A stretch of DNA of 64,000 nt from an uncultured Planctomycetales bacterium (GTDB taxonomy: Bacteria > Omnitrophota > Gorgyraeia > Zapsychrales > Fredricksoniimonadaceae), in assembly GCA_964572155.1 (NCBI GenBank), contig CAZNDZ010000002.1, positions 19,089 through 83,088 of the forward strand, in the 5' to 3' direction. Positions within the stretch are counted from its first letter, which is position 1; each line of letters begins with the position of its first letter. The notes under the pieces were generated by a model. That model saw nothing but the letters and a program-made list of their open reading frames with translations, was not told where the DNA came from and made no database searches. This document shows positions 29,768 to 38,288 of the stretch, piece after piece. Made by a program: the position numbers and the translations under genes.

Positions 29768-31210
29768 TTAAGCAGCTGTGACAGACTTTTGTTTTAACAA
29801 TTGATTTACTGTGGATTCAATTAAATTAACATGTAAGATAATTTCCACATTTGCATCATTTAATTCTTTGATCGTTTCTAATACGGACAACAAATATTTC
29901 TCAAATCCAATTAAACCTTCTCGCGTTTTCTCTGTTGATTCACGCATTTGTTTGAACACAATATTAAATCTATTGCCATTATCTCCAAGTCTAGAGGCTT
30001 CTATACAACCTAGCACATCGCTACGATCAAGATCTCTGATCATCTTATTAATAACCTCAATGACGCTTAATATCCTTTTAATTTTAATAGTTAAAGGATT
30101 TAATATGCCATTGACTTTTTCAAAGGTTGCTTCAAACAATTTTAACAACAACAGGACATCCCCACCAATTTTATGAAAATCATCACCTTGCACTTTGCCT
30201 TGCTTGGCCAATTCGAATAACTCAAGCGCAAAGAAATTGACCATGTCTGCCTGTAGTCTCGACGATGCAGAAAGCAACCCAAGTTGCTGTGTACGCGAGG
30301 AAATATCACTCGCATCACTGGAAATGGTTGATGCATGCATCTCAATCTCTTCAGAGTATTTCTTAATTTCTTTTGAAATAACAGCCAACGTCAACCCTTG
30401 ACTACCTAAGCTATGTGTTTCAATACTGGCATTAAGCGACAATATAGAAATAAACTCTGAAAAATTAATGACTGCTTTGGTGTTCTTATTTGTCATCTCT
30501 TCGATTTTTAGAAGATTGTCGAAACTTTTGAATAAGAAATCAAAAATATCGCTAATGACTTGGCAATTTTGTCTGATATCACTTAATCGACCAATAAATA
30601 CCGCTTGTTCTTTATGATCAAGGTCCGTCGTTTTTACAGCTGACTGTGATGTAAATTCTAATTTCTTAACTTCTTGAGGGATCATTTTCAAGCGTGATGT
30701 TAACTCTTCAATGATCACCTTGGACATAAATGCATCATAATCTTTAAAACCTACACTTTGTATGGTCTGTACTAATAAATCAAGTGATGCATTCATCCCG
30801 TTGGTTGATTCAACTTCTAAAACTTTTTTATATAAACCTGGGATAATCTTAAAATAATCGCTCGAGGGCTTAAGACGTATGGAGACATAACCACCATCAA
30901 CAGGATAAACGCAAGCTAAAACCCAATAGTACTTGCCTTCCTTGGTCATGTTCTTAACGTAAGCTAAAACAATATTGCCAGCCTTGATATAATCCCACAA
31001 AACTTTGAAAACAACTTTGGGCATATCTGGGTGACGAATGATATTATGTGGACTTCCGATCAACTCTTCCTGAGTATATTGACTCACACGAACGAAGACA
31101 TTATTGTCCGTCAGGATATTTCCAACTAAATCTGTTTTAGAAAAGAATAATTCTTTAAATAAAAATTCGCTTTCGACTTCTTTAGGGGTGACTTTACTTA
31201 TTTTAGACAT
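29768..31210 (-). CDS. Soluble Aer-type PAS (FAD-type) sensor fused to a diverged MCP signalling domain
   Basis: N-terminal Aer PAS hallmarks (NIIRHPDMPKVVFKVLWDYIKAGN). No TM helices. C-terminal LSLNASIETHSLGSQGLTLAVISKEIKKYSEEI resembles the MCP signalling core ([31 protein letters not shown]). Confidence 0.55.
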   Translation of the reverse strand: MSKISKVTPKEVESEFLFKELFFSKTDLVGNILTDNNVFVRVSQYTQEELIGSPHNIIRHPDMPKVVFKVLWDYIKAGNIVLAYVKNMTKEGKYYWVLACVYPVDGGYVSIRLKPSSDYFKIIPGLYKKVLEVESTNGMNASLDLLVQTIQSVGFKDYDAFMSKVIIEELTSRLKMIPQEVKKLEFTSQSAVKTTDLDHKEQAVFIGRLSDIRQNCQVISDIFDFLFKSFDNLLKIEEMTNKNTKAVINFSEFISILSLNASIETHSLGSQGLTLAVISKEIKKYSEEIEMHASTISSDASDISSRTQQLGLLSASSRLQADMVNFFALELFELAKQGKVQGDDFHKIGGDVLLLLKLFEATFEKVNGILNPLTIKIKRILSVIEVINKMIRDLDRSDVLGCIEASRLGDNGNRFNIVFKQMRESTEKTREGLIGFEKYLLSVLETIKELNDANVEIILHVNLIESTVNQLLKQKSVTAA

Positions 31211-31362
31211 TCCACATTACCTTTCGTCAAAACGTTGTTAGCTTAACATCTTTGTTCATATATTATCCATCGAAATAACCTCATTCAAGAAAATTACATA
31301 TTATTTCATTTTGTACGGATAAAATATTTGACATTCCCTCTAGAGATTATAAGATATGCGCT

Positions 31363-33192
31363 ATGACTAAAAAACCATTTACACCCAATTTCAACACTTC
31401 CCCAGACAAATTTGCCAAGGAAGAACTTAATAAACTCTCAGCGCCTCAAAGCTTTGATGGAAATGTCAAAGCTGATTTTGCTGACACGACCCGTGGCGAT
31501 ATCCCTTGGGAATCAGAAGCCTTGGCCAAGAGTCATGGAGTTTACTTAGAATTCAATCGTGCCAAAGATGCCGGCCCAGAAAAAGAGTGGATTTATTTAA
31601 TCCGCATCTCGATTCCTGGTGGCGGCCCTTTAAATAAAGAACAATATAATATAATTGACGAGCTTGCTACAAAATACACCAAAGATCCGGATGGCATGCC
31701 CTCGATTCGTTTGACCAATCGTCAAAACATTCAGTATCACTGGGTGCGCAAACATCAAGTCAAAGAAATCATCAAACGCGTGGCTGAATCAGGCTTTAAC
31801 TCTTTAAATGGTTGCGGTGACAATACCCGCAATGTCATGGCTTGCCCCCTTGGTCGATTCTCGAAACATTTTAATGCAACCGCTTGGGCGAGAAAAGTTG
31901 GCGACTACTTTCAACTTCCTCTTGAGCCATTTATCACTGTCTGGGAAATTGATCCAACGAAGATCCGCAAACCAGGTGAATCTTTCAAATACGGCAAGAA
32001 CTTACTTAACCGTAAATTTAAAATTGGGATTGCAGGCGTAATCGAAGATCCTAAAACTGGTCAATTAAGCGTTGATAATTGCGCGGAAGTTTTATCCGAT
32101 GACATGGGCGTCGTTCCCGTCATTAAAGACAATAAAGTCACTTCATTTCAAATCTATATTGGTGGTGGACAAGGTGAACGTAATGGTAAACCTTCGATGG
32201 CTTGCCTTGCACAACCACTGACGCATGTTAGCGAAGCAAATTTATTAAAAACCATGGATGCCGTTCTTCAAGTCCATCAGACATGGGGTGATCGCGAGAA
32301 TCGTATTTGGGCCCGTATTAAATTTGTTGTTAAGAAAATGGGCATTGATTGGTATCGCGGCGAAGTTGAAAAGATTTTAGGCTATAAATTGGATGCCCCT
32401 ATTGCTAATCTTGATGTTGGTAGCCGTCACATGCATCATGGTTGGTTCCCACAAGACAATGGTTTATGGACCTTTGGTGCCTTTATCGAAAATGGTCGTT
32501 TAATCGACAATAGCCCCAATGGAAAACTAAAAGCCATGTGCCATTTTGTGATGAATAAATATGCCAATTTGGAATTCATGATCACGCCAAATCAAGATGC
32601 ATTGTTTTGCAATATTCCAGAAGCACAAAAGGCTGCTTTTGAAAATGATTTAGCTACTTTTGGGTATGGTAAACGCAATGGCAAAAACTATTCTCAGTTA
32701 CGCCTGTTATCAGGTGCTTGCGTTGGCCGTGATACGTGCCGTTTAACCTATACCGATTCTGAAAAGTTTGAGCCCTACTTAATTGATGAATTAGAAGCCA
32801 TGGGTTGGGGTGATTTGCATGAGTCGATTGGCATCACAGGTTGCGAACGCCAATGCTTTAGACCTGCGACCAAAACCATTGGTCTGGTTGGTTCAGGATT
32901 TAATCGTTATCAAATGAAACTTTTGGGTACGGAAGATGCCAAACATCAAGGCCTTCCCTTATTAAGTGATGATGGGGAAAGTATTTATTTAAAATCCATC
33001 CCCCGCGAACGCGTGGCTCAAGTCATTGATGTTTTACTTAAATATTGGAAAGCCAATGCGAAAACTGGTGAAAGTTTAGGGTATTTTAACCGTAGGGTTG
33101 GCATTGCTTCCATTGTGCAGCATTTTAAAGATAATCCTGTGACAACAGATTTGATGGTTAAGACTTTATCTGCAGATTGTGTGATTGAATAA
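31363..33192 (+). CDS. Ferredoxin-type sulfite (or nitrite) reductase hemoprotein, NirA/Sir family
   Basis: Two nitrite/sulfite reductase ferredoxin-like half domains. Siroheme/4Fe-4S Cys set CVGRDTC...C(3)C (TGCERQC) in the C-terminal half. 609 aa, monomeric type. Genomic context with cysH/cysDN suggests sulfite reductase. Confidence 0.75.
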   Translation: MTKKPFTPNFNTSPDKFAKEELNKLSAPQSFDGNVKADFADTTRGDIPWESEALAKSHGVYLEFNRAKDAGPEKEWIYLIRISIPGGGPLNKEQYNIIDELATKYTKDPDGMPSIRLTNRQNIQYHWVRKHQVKEIIKRVAESGFNSLNGCGDNTRNVMACPLGRFSKHFNATAWARKVGDYFQLPLEPFITVWEIDPTKIRKPGESFKYGKNLLNRKFKIGIAGVIEDPKTGQLSVDNCAEVLSDDMGVVPVIKDNKVTSFQIYIGGGQGERNGKPSMACLAQPLTHVSEANLLKTMDAVLQVHQTWGDRENRIWARIKFVVKKMGIDWYRGEVEKILGYKLDAPIANLDVGSRHMHHGWFPQDNGLWTFGAFIENGRLIDNSPNGKLKAMCHFVMNKYANLEFMITPNQDALFCNIPEAQKAAFENDLATFGYGKRNGKNYSQLRLLSGACVGRDTCRLTYTDSEKFEPYLIDELEAMGWGDLHESIGITGCERQCFRPATKTIGLVGSGFNRYQMKLLGTEDAKHQGLPLLSDDGESIYLKSIPRERVAQVIDVLLKYWKANAKTGESLGYFNRRVGIASIVQHFKDNPVTTDLMVKTLSADCVIE

Positions 33193-33246
33193 TCCGGCTT
33201 CGCTCCAAAATTTTCATTTGGGAGCTATGCCGAATATAAAAATAAG

Positions 33247-33272
33247 AAAGCCGCTATTTGTTGTAGCGGCTT
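33247..33272. terminator. Bidirectional intrinsic terminator hairpin (AAGCCGCTA-tttgttg-TAGCGGCTT)
   Basis: 9-bp GC-rich stem with 7-nt loop. On the minus strand it is followed by TTCTTATTTTTATATT; on the plus strand it sits 55 nt after the sulfite reductase stop with a weaker T tract. Confidence 0.5.
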
Positions 33273-33314
33273 GATAAATTTATAATGACAGTCGGGCAAA
33301 GTCTGCCCAACAGG

Positions 33315-33410
33315 TTAGATCAGAACGTTTGTTTCATCCCAAGCAAAGATCGATTCTTCTTCTTGCTCAGCTTTTTCTTGTGACTGTTCGTTATGTGGTC
33401 CAAGTAACAT
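33315..33410 (-). CDS. Candidate small ORF (31 aa, acidic: MLLGPHNEQSQEKAEQEEESIFAWDETNVLI) or small RNA body
   Basis: Hand translation. ATG at 33410 is preceded by AGGAAGGAG with 6-nt spacing. Own promoter upstream and terminators downstream. Not in the ORF track (under 60 aa). Confidence 0.3.
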   Translation of the reverse strand: MLLGPHNEQSQEKAEQEEESIFAWDETNVLI

Positions 33411-33479
33411 GATAATCTCCTTCCTTTTATTGCTCCCATAGGGTTTATTGGCCCTTTATCTTGGGAAAAGATTAAGCTA

Positions 33480-33508
33480 AGTATAACCTAAACTACCAAT
33501 TTTGCCAA
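33480..33508 (-). promoter_or_regulatory. Sigma70-like promoter TTGGCA-N17-TATACT driving the small ORF/sRNA
   Basis: Read on the minus strand: -35 at 33508-33503, -10 at 33485-33480. Predicted TSS near 33473, giving a 62-nt leader. Confidence 0.4.
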
Positions 33509-33570
33509 TAAAATTTATAAATAGGCATAAATAGCCAAATCTAATAAAATTTTACTAGATTTTCTCGTCC

Positions 33571-33617
33571 CAAAAATACTTTTACACTGCTTTAGACATC
33601 AAAACAGTGTAAAAAGT
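33571..33617 (-). terminator. Intrinsic terminator of the FprA-like gene (10-bp stem TTTTACACTG/CAGTGTAAAA, 15-nt loop, then GTATTTTTGG)
   Basis: Located 53-100 nt downstream of the stop at 33670 on the minus strand. Confidence 0.5.
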
Positions 33618-33669
33618 TTCAAACTCCACTATAAAATGAAATACATGTTCCCGAAGAACTGCCTAGGGA

Positions 33670-35040
33670 CTAGATGGCAGACAACATACCTGTCACGCGT
33701 GCAAATTTTTCGCGTGGCTTGCCTAATTTGGCACCGCGTTCAATTTCTGCGGCATCAATTTTCTTCCATTCATCAAAATTAACAACCCTAACTTCACGAT
33801 CTTTTAAAAATTTCAAAACAGCTTCAGTACTTGGCTCTACGCAAGGATTTAAATGGTCGATATCCTCTAATAGACACTTCACTGTTTCTTCAGCACATGG
33901 TTTGTTAGTACCAATGATACCAGTTGCACCACGTTTGATCCAACCGGCCACATACCAGCCATTATAAATTTGTTCAGAATCCATGACGCGGCCTGCTTGA
34001 TTAGGGATAATACCACTGGCTTCAGAGAATGGTAAGCCTTTGATGGGAATACCACGGTAGCCGACACTGCGAAAAACAATACCGCAATCACGTTCTTCAA
34101 TAACACCCGTGCCGCGCACTTTTTGTTGTCCGGATTCACCAAATAACTTGTTTACTTCAAATTTCATCTTTTGCACATGGCCTTTGCCTAAGATTTCTAA
34201 AGGACTTCTAAAGAAATGCATATAGAACTTTCGTTTGCGACCTTTAGGTGCAATCGTTGACATATGTTTTAAAATCTCATAATTCTTTTTATGACCAGCA
34301 AACTTAATATCTTCAAGTTCTTTGATACTCGCTTCATTTAATTCTAATTCTTGAGGATCAATGATTGGATCACAATCAACTAACTCATCCATTTCTTTTA
34401 ATTCGGGCGATGTAAATGATGCTTGGGCAGGGCCGCGTCGACCATAGACATGAACTTCTTTGATTTTGCTTTCAGCTAAAATTTCAAGTGCATGTTGATT
34501 AATATCTGTCTTGCTTAATTCATCGGGAGTTTTACATAAAATGCGCGACACGTCCATAGCCACGTTGCCTTGACCTATAATGACCGCAACTTCTTGGGAG
34601 AAATCAAAGTGATGATCTTGAAAATCAGGATGACCGTTATACCATGCCACAAATTCTGTTGCGGTATAGCTACCCACTAAATCTTCACCGGTAATACCAA
34701 GCTTGCGATCTGCTTCCGCACCAATCGTAAAAATCACCGCATCATAAAATCGACGTAATTCAAAAACAGTAATATTCTTACCAACTGTCACATTGCCCAT
34801 AAATGTAAACTTGGGATTAGCCGCTGTCTTTTCAAAAACCTTAGCAACATTTTTAATCTTTGGATGATCTGGCGCAACGCCATAACGCAATAGACCATAC
34901 GGCACAGGCAATTTTTCGAACATGTCGACTTTAACTTCTTTAGACTGGCTAAGTAAATCAGCTGCTGCATAAAAGCCGCTGGGACCACTCCCAACAATGG
35001 CCACGCGCAATGGTCTAACCGCTGTGCCTAAACTTGACAT
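33670..35040 (-). CDS. FprA-type NADPH:ferredoxin (adrenodoxin-reductase-like) oxidoreductase
   Basis: VAIVGSGPSGFYAA FAD motif, second Rossmann GQGNVAMDVSRIL, 456 aa as in the FprA/AdR family. Confidence 0.8.
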   Translation of the reverse strand: MSSLGTAVRPLRVAIVGSGPSGFYAAADLLSQSKEVKVDMFEKLPVPYGLLRYGVAPDHPKIKNVAKVFEKTAANPKFTFMGNVTVGKNITVFELRRFYDAVIFTIGAEADRKLGITGEDLVGSYTATEFVAWYNGHPDFQDHHFDFSQEVAVIIGQGNVAMDVSRILCKTPDELSKTDINQHALEILAESKIKEVHVYGRRGPAQASFTSPELKEMDELVDCDPIIDPQELELNEASIKELEDIKFAGHKKNYEILKHMSTIAPKGRKRKFYMHFFRSPLEILGKGHVQKMKFEVNKLFGESGQQKVRGTGVIEERDCGIVFRSVGYRGIPIKGLPFSEASGIIPNQAGRVMDSEQIYNGWYVAGWIKRGATGIIGTNKPCAEETVKCLLEDIDHLNPCVEPSTEAVLKFLKDREVRVVNFDEWKKIDAAEIERGAKLGKPREKFARVTGMLSAI

Positions 35041-35053
35041 AAAATGCCTTTCG

Positions 35054-35473
35054 TTACCGTTTGAATTCCGTCGCTAAGATTAAGTGTTTGATGCCTACTT
35101 TTGAAGCACTATCAATCACGGTCACAACGTAATCATACTTCACTGTACGGTCGCCGCTGATGATGATGGATGGTTCACTATATTTCTTGGCTAATTCTTG
35201 GAGCTTGAACACAAAAACATCTTTGTCTAAACGTAGATTATAACGTTGACCTTCCATATGCACATCACCATTGGCCGTAACCGAAACATTGATATCTTTT
35301 GTTTCAATCGGTGTTTGGTTCGAGGAAACTTGGGGTAAAGCAATTTTAATGCTCGAGCGGTAAATCAATGGGGTTGTGACCATGAAGATGATCAATAACA
35401 CTAAAATAACGTCAGTAAACGGGGCGATATTGATTTCAGCGATGAGTTTGGTATTTCGGACTTTACGCTTCAT
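35054..35473 (-). CDS. ExbD/TolR family biopolymer transport protein
   Basis: Single TM (INIAPFTDVILVLLIIFMVTTP) and periplasmic domain; 139 aa. Confidence 0.8.
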   Translation of the reverse strand: MKRKVRNTKLIAEINIAPFTDVILVLLIIFMVTTPLIYRSSIKIALPQVSSNQTPIETKDINVSVTANGDVHMEGQRYNLRLDKDVFVFKLQELAKKYSEPSIIISGDRTVKYDYVVTVIDSASKVGIKHLILATEFKR

Positions 35474-35476
35474 AAA

Positions 35477-36109
35477 TTATTTTCTTTTGATGCACATCAG
35501 ATCCACGAGTTCGGAGGCAATGAGTTCCATATCAACGACAAAATTATCAATGGTGCGCATGAAATAATTGTAGGCAATAACCGCAGGAATAGCGACAATT
35601 AAGCCTGCCGCCGTACAAATCAACGACTCAGAAATTCCTGATGTGACCACATCCATACCACCTGATCCTGCCTTACCAATATCACCAAACGCGCGCATGA
35701 TCCCAAGCACGGTTCCAAATAAACCAATATAAACTGCCGTACCACCGATGGTTGCCACGATGCTGGTAAAACGTTCAAGCTTGATTGTCTCAACCGTGAT
35801 TTCACGTTCCATGGCATTAGAGATCACTTTTTCATCATGACCATGCAAATGCAAACCCGCCACCGCTACTTTTGCCGTCGGTGTATCTAGATTTTGACAA
35901 ACTTCCAATGCATTATGCACTTGATTCAAATTATATTCTTTGCGGATTTGTTCCATGAGATCAAAACGGCTAACACGGGAACGACGGTAATAATAGATCA
36001 TGCGTTCGATGATAACAGCGATGGACACAACGGAACAAAAGATCAAAATAAACATGGTGATGCCACCAGAACCAATGATCTCAAAAATACTTTTATTCGC
36101 AAACATCAA
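35477..36109 (-). CDS. MotA/TolQ/ExbB proton-channel family protein
   Basis: Three TMs, conserved GLFGTVLGIMRAF and TTAAGLIVAIP motifs; 210 aa. Confidence 0.8.
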   Translation of the reverse strand: MMFANKSIFEIIGSGGITMFILIFCSVVSIAVIIERMIYYYRRSRVSRFDLMEQIRKEYNLNQVHNALEVCQNLDTPTAKVAVAGLHLHGHDEKVISNAMEREITVETIKLERFTSIVATIGGTAVYIGLFGTVLGIMRAFGDIGKAGSGGMDVVTSGISESLICTAAGLIVAIPAVIAYNYFMRTIDNFVVDMELIASELVDLMCIKRK

Positions 36110-36184
36110 AGCCTCCTAAAACTTACACGTGTTAAATGATTGGGTAGATTCTATCCCAAATCCAAACAACTGCCAAACATTTCC

Positions 36185-36406
36185 TTAAAAAAGGCAACGG
36201 TAAGGTTCCGACCCACCATTGACTGCCTTTAAGAACGCTGCAAACTTGCGCGGCGGAATCGTCATCTCCGTAACTTTTTCATTGGTCACATCCTCATAAA
36301 TCATCGTCATCCCCCGACGCCCATCCTCATCATTAAAATGCTTCACATAAACACTATAATGCGCCCCTAAATAATCCCATTCGACTAATTCTTGTAGTTT
36401 GGACAT
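36185..36406 (-). CDS. Hypothetical small protein (73 aa)
   Basis: ORF only. Positioned as the first gene of the apparent 73aa-ExbB-ExbD-FprA transcription unit. Confidence 0.35.
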   Translation of the reverse strand: MSKLQELVEWDYLGAHYSVYVKHFNDEDGRRGMTMIYEDVTNEKVTEMTIPPRKFAAFLKAVNGGSEPYRCLF

Positions 36407-36421
36407 GTGGTTATCCTCATA

Positions 36422-36772
36422 TTAAAGTTTATTGTACTTAGTATGTCTACCTATAGATTTTTCAATAGGATACTTCTTCGCATTCTTCATCATCTTCACA
36501 TCAATCGCCTGAGATAAATCGATCTTCAAATTATCAGCCAGTTCAAACAAATAAATCGCCACATCAGCCAATTCATCTGCCAGTTCTTCTTTGTCTGTCT
36601 TACCATGTTCTTCAACTTCTTTCGGAGATTTCCATTGAAAGTGTTCTAAGACTTCGGTGGCTTCTAGGACTAGCGAAAGGGCTACGTCTTTGTGGTTGTG
36701 GAATTGGGCCCAATCTCTTTCATCACGGAATTTTCTGATTTTGGCTGTAATGGTCTTGATTTCTGATGGCAT
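36422..36772 (-). CDS. MazG-like nucleotide pyrophosphohydrolase (small, single-domain)
   Basis: FRDERDWAQFH...EATEVLE...ELADELADVAIYL are EExxE/D MazG motifs. Confidence 0.7.
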   Translation of the reverse strand: MPSEIKTITAKIRKFRDERDWAQFHNHKDVALSLVLEATEVLEHFQWKSPKEVEEHGKTDKEELADELADVAIYLFELADNLKIDLSQAIDVKMMKNAKKYPIEKSIGRHTKYNKL

Positions 36773-36799
36773 GATTTATTAATCTTAGTGAATTCAGGC

Positions 36800-36827
36800 T
36801 TGACTATCAAGGTGAATTTGTTAATCT
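36800..36827 (+). promoter_or_regulatory. Putative promoter TTGACT-N16-TAATCT for pntAA
   Basis: In the 85-bp divergent intergenic region. An SD (GAAGGAG) follows at 36852-36858. Confidence 0.4.
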
Positions 36828-36863
36828 CTTCTTTAAGATATTAACTTCATTGAAGGAGTGTTC

Positions 36864-37994
36864 ATGATTATTGCAATCCCTAAAGAAACATTGTCCGGTG
36901 AAAGCCGTGTTAGTTTTATCCCCTCTTCGGTGGATCGTTTGGTTAAAAAAGGTGCACAAGTCATTGTTGAAGCTGGACTTGGTTTAAGCATTGGCATCAC
37001 GGATGATGAATATAAGAAGGTTGGCGCTACCGTCGAGTCTGATCGGAGTAAATTGATTGCTGCGGGTGATATTGTGCTTCGTTTGCGTAAACCTCCGGCT
37101 GATGAAGTCAAGCTCTTGAAAAAGGGTTCTATCCATATTAGTTTCCTTGATCCATTTAATGAAAAATCGTTAGTTGATGCCTTGGCTGCGCAAGATGTCA
37201 CCGCCATCTCGGTTGAAATGATACCGCGCACGACCCGTGCTCAAAAGATGGATGCGTTAAGTTCGCAGGCCAACTTGGCGGGTTATGTTACTGTCATATT
37301 AGCAGCAGAACGTTTGCCAAAAATATTTCCAATGCTCATGACCCCAGCAGGTACCATTTCCCCTGCCCGTGTGTTTATCATTGGGGCTGGTGTGGCTGGT
37401 TTGCAGGCGATTGCAACGGCCAAGCGTTTGGGTGCGCGTGTGGAAGCGTTTGACACCCGTGCGGTTGTTAAGGAACAAGTTATGTCGTTGGGTGCTAAAT
37501 TCGTTGAGATTGATTTAGGTGAAACTGGGCAAACGAAAGATGGTTATGCCAAGGCTTTAACACCAGAACAATTGGCCATTCAGCGTCAAGGCATGGCTAA
37601 GGTTTGTGCGCAGTCGGATGTTATTATCACCACAGCACAATTATTTGGCCGCAAGGCGCCGGTTGTTATTGGGAAAGATATGTTGGCTCAAATGAAATCT
37701 GGAACAATCGTCGTTGATATGGCGGTGGAATCTGGTGGCAACGTCGAAGGTTCTAAAGTTAATGAAGAAGTTGTGACGGACAATGGTGTGCGCATTTTAG
37801 GTCTAGGTAATTTGCCTGGGCGCGTTGCGGTGCATGCGTCGCAAATGTATTCGGCGAACTTGCATAATTTACTGGAAGAATATTGGGATAAAGACGCCAA
37901 GAAATTTAATTTGAATATGGAAGATGAAATCATCAAAGGTTGCGTTGTCACCCATGGTGGCAAAATTGTTAATGCGATGTTAACGAAAGCATAA
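36864..37994 (+). CDS. pntAA: NAD(P) transhydrogenase subunit alpha part 1
   Basis: MIIAIPKETLSGESRV matches the PntA N-terminus; alanine-dehydrogenase-like dI domain; NAD Rossmann motif IIGAGVAGL. The track start at 36858 is GTG; ATG at 36864 has correct SD spacing. Confidence 0.85.
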   Translation: MIIAIPKETLSGESRVSFIPSSVDRLVKKGAQVIVEAGLGLSIGITDDEYKKVGATVESDRSKLIAAGDIVLRLRKPPADEVKLLKKGSIHISFLDPFNEKSLVDALAAQDVTAISVEMIPRTTRAQKMDALSSQANLAGYVTVILAAERLPKIFPMLMTPAGTISPARVFIIGAGVAGLQAIATAKRLGARVEAFDTRAVVKEQVMSLGAKFVEIDLGETGQTKDGYAKALTPEQLAIQRQGMAKVCAQSDVIITTAQLFGRKAPVVIGKDMLAQMKSGTIVVDMAVESGGNVEGSKVNEEVVTDNGVRILGLGNLPGRVAVHASQMYSANLHNLLEEYWDKDAKKFNLNMEDEIIKGCVVTHGGKIVNAMLTKA

Positions 37995-38003
37995 GGAGTA
38001 TTT

Positions 38004-38288
38004 ATGGAACTCGTATATTTATTATTTATCTTAACCTTATCAATTTTCTTAGGCTTTGCCCTGATTTCTCGAGTTCCGCCGCTATTACACACCCCGTTGA
38101 TGTCCGAAGCTAACGCGATTTGTGGGATCATCATCATTGGGGCTTTGGTGACGGCTGGTGTTCAAGCAACCTCTCCCTTGACCATTTTCCTTGGAACCGC
38201 GGCTGTTGCGTTGGCAACATTTAACGTGGTGGGCGGTTACTTGGTTACAGAACGCATGTTAAAAATGTTTAAAAAGAAGGAAAACTAA
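38004..38288 (+). CDS. pntAB: NAD(P) transhydrogenase subunit alpha part 2 (membrane)
   Basis: 94-aa protein with 3 TM helices directly between the dI and beta genes. Confidence 0.8.
   Translation: MELVYLLFILTLSIFLGFALISRVPPLLHTPLMSEANAICGIIIIGALVTAGVQATSPLTIFLGTAAVALATFNVVGGYLVTERMLKMFKKKEN

Noticed and set aside
31328-31355. TTGACA ... TAAGAT promoter for the sulfite reductase gene
   Set aside because: The spacing (14-16 nt) is suboptimal and the gene lacks a visible SD, so a leaderless transcript would be required. Plausible but too weak to list as a feature.
33193-33669. tRNA or other structured RNA gene in the largest intergenic region
   Set aside because: No cloverleaf-compatible arms or conserved T-loop/anticodon features were seen. 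The region is explained by two terminators, a promoter and a small ORF.
35054-36109. ExbB/ExbD pair as a Zorya-like (ZorAB) defence motor
   Set aside because: ZorA is much larger, with a long cytoplasmic tail. These are ordinary-length ExbB (210 aa) and ExbD (139 aa) proteins, and no ZorC/ZorD-like genes follow.
36833-37231. Antisense ORFs in the track that lie inside strong genes (e.g. 36833-37231 in pntAA, 41082-41960 in fumC, 13343-14017 in the ADH gene, 52216-52659 in cysT, 30142-30401, 38935-39463)
   Set aside because: They overlap well-supported conserved CDSs on the other strand, have no SD or motifs, and have the compositional look of shadow ORFs.
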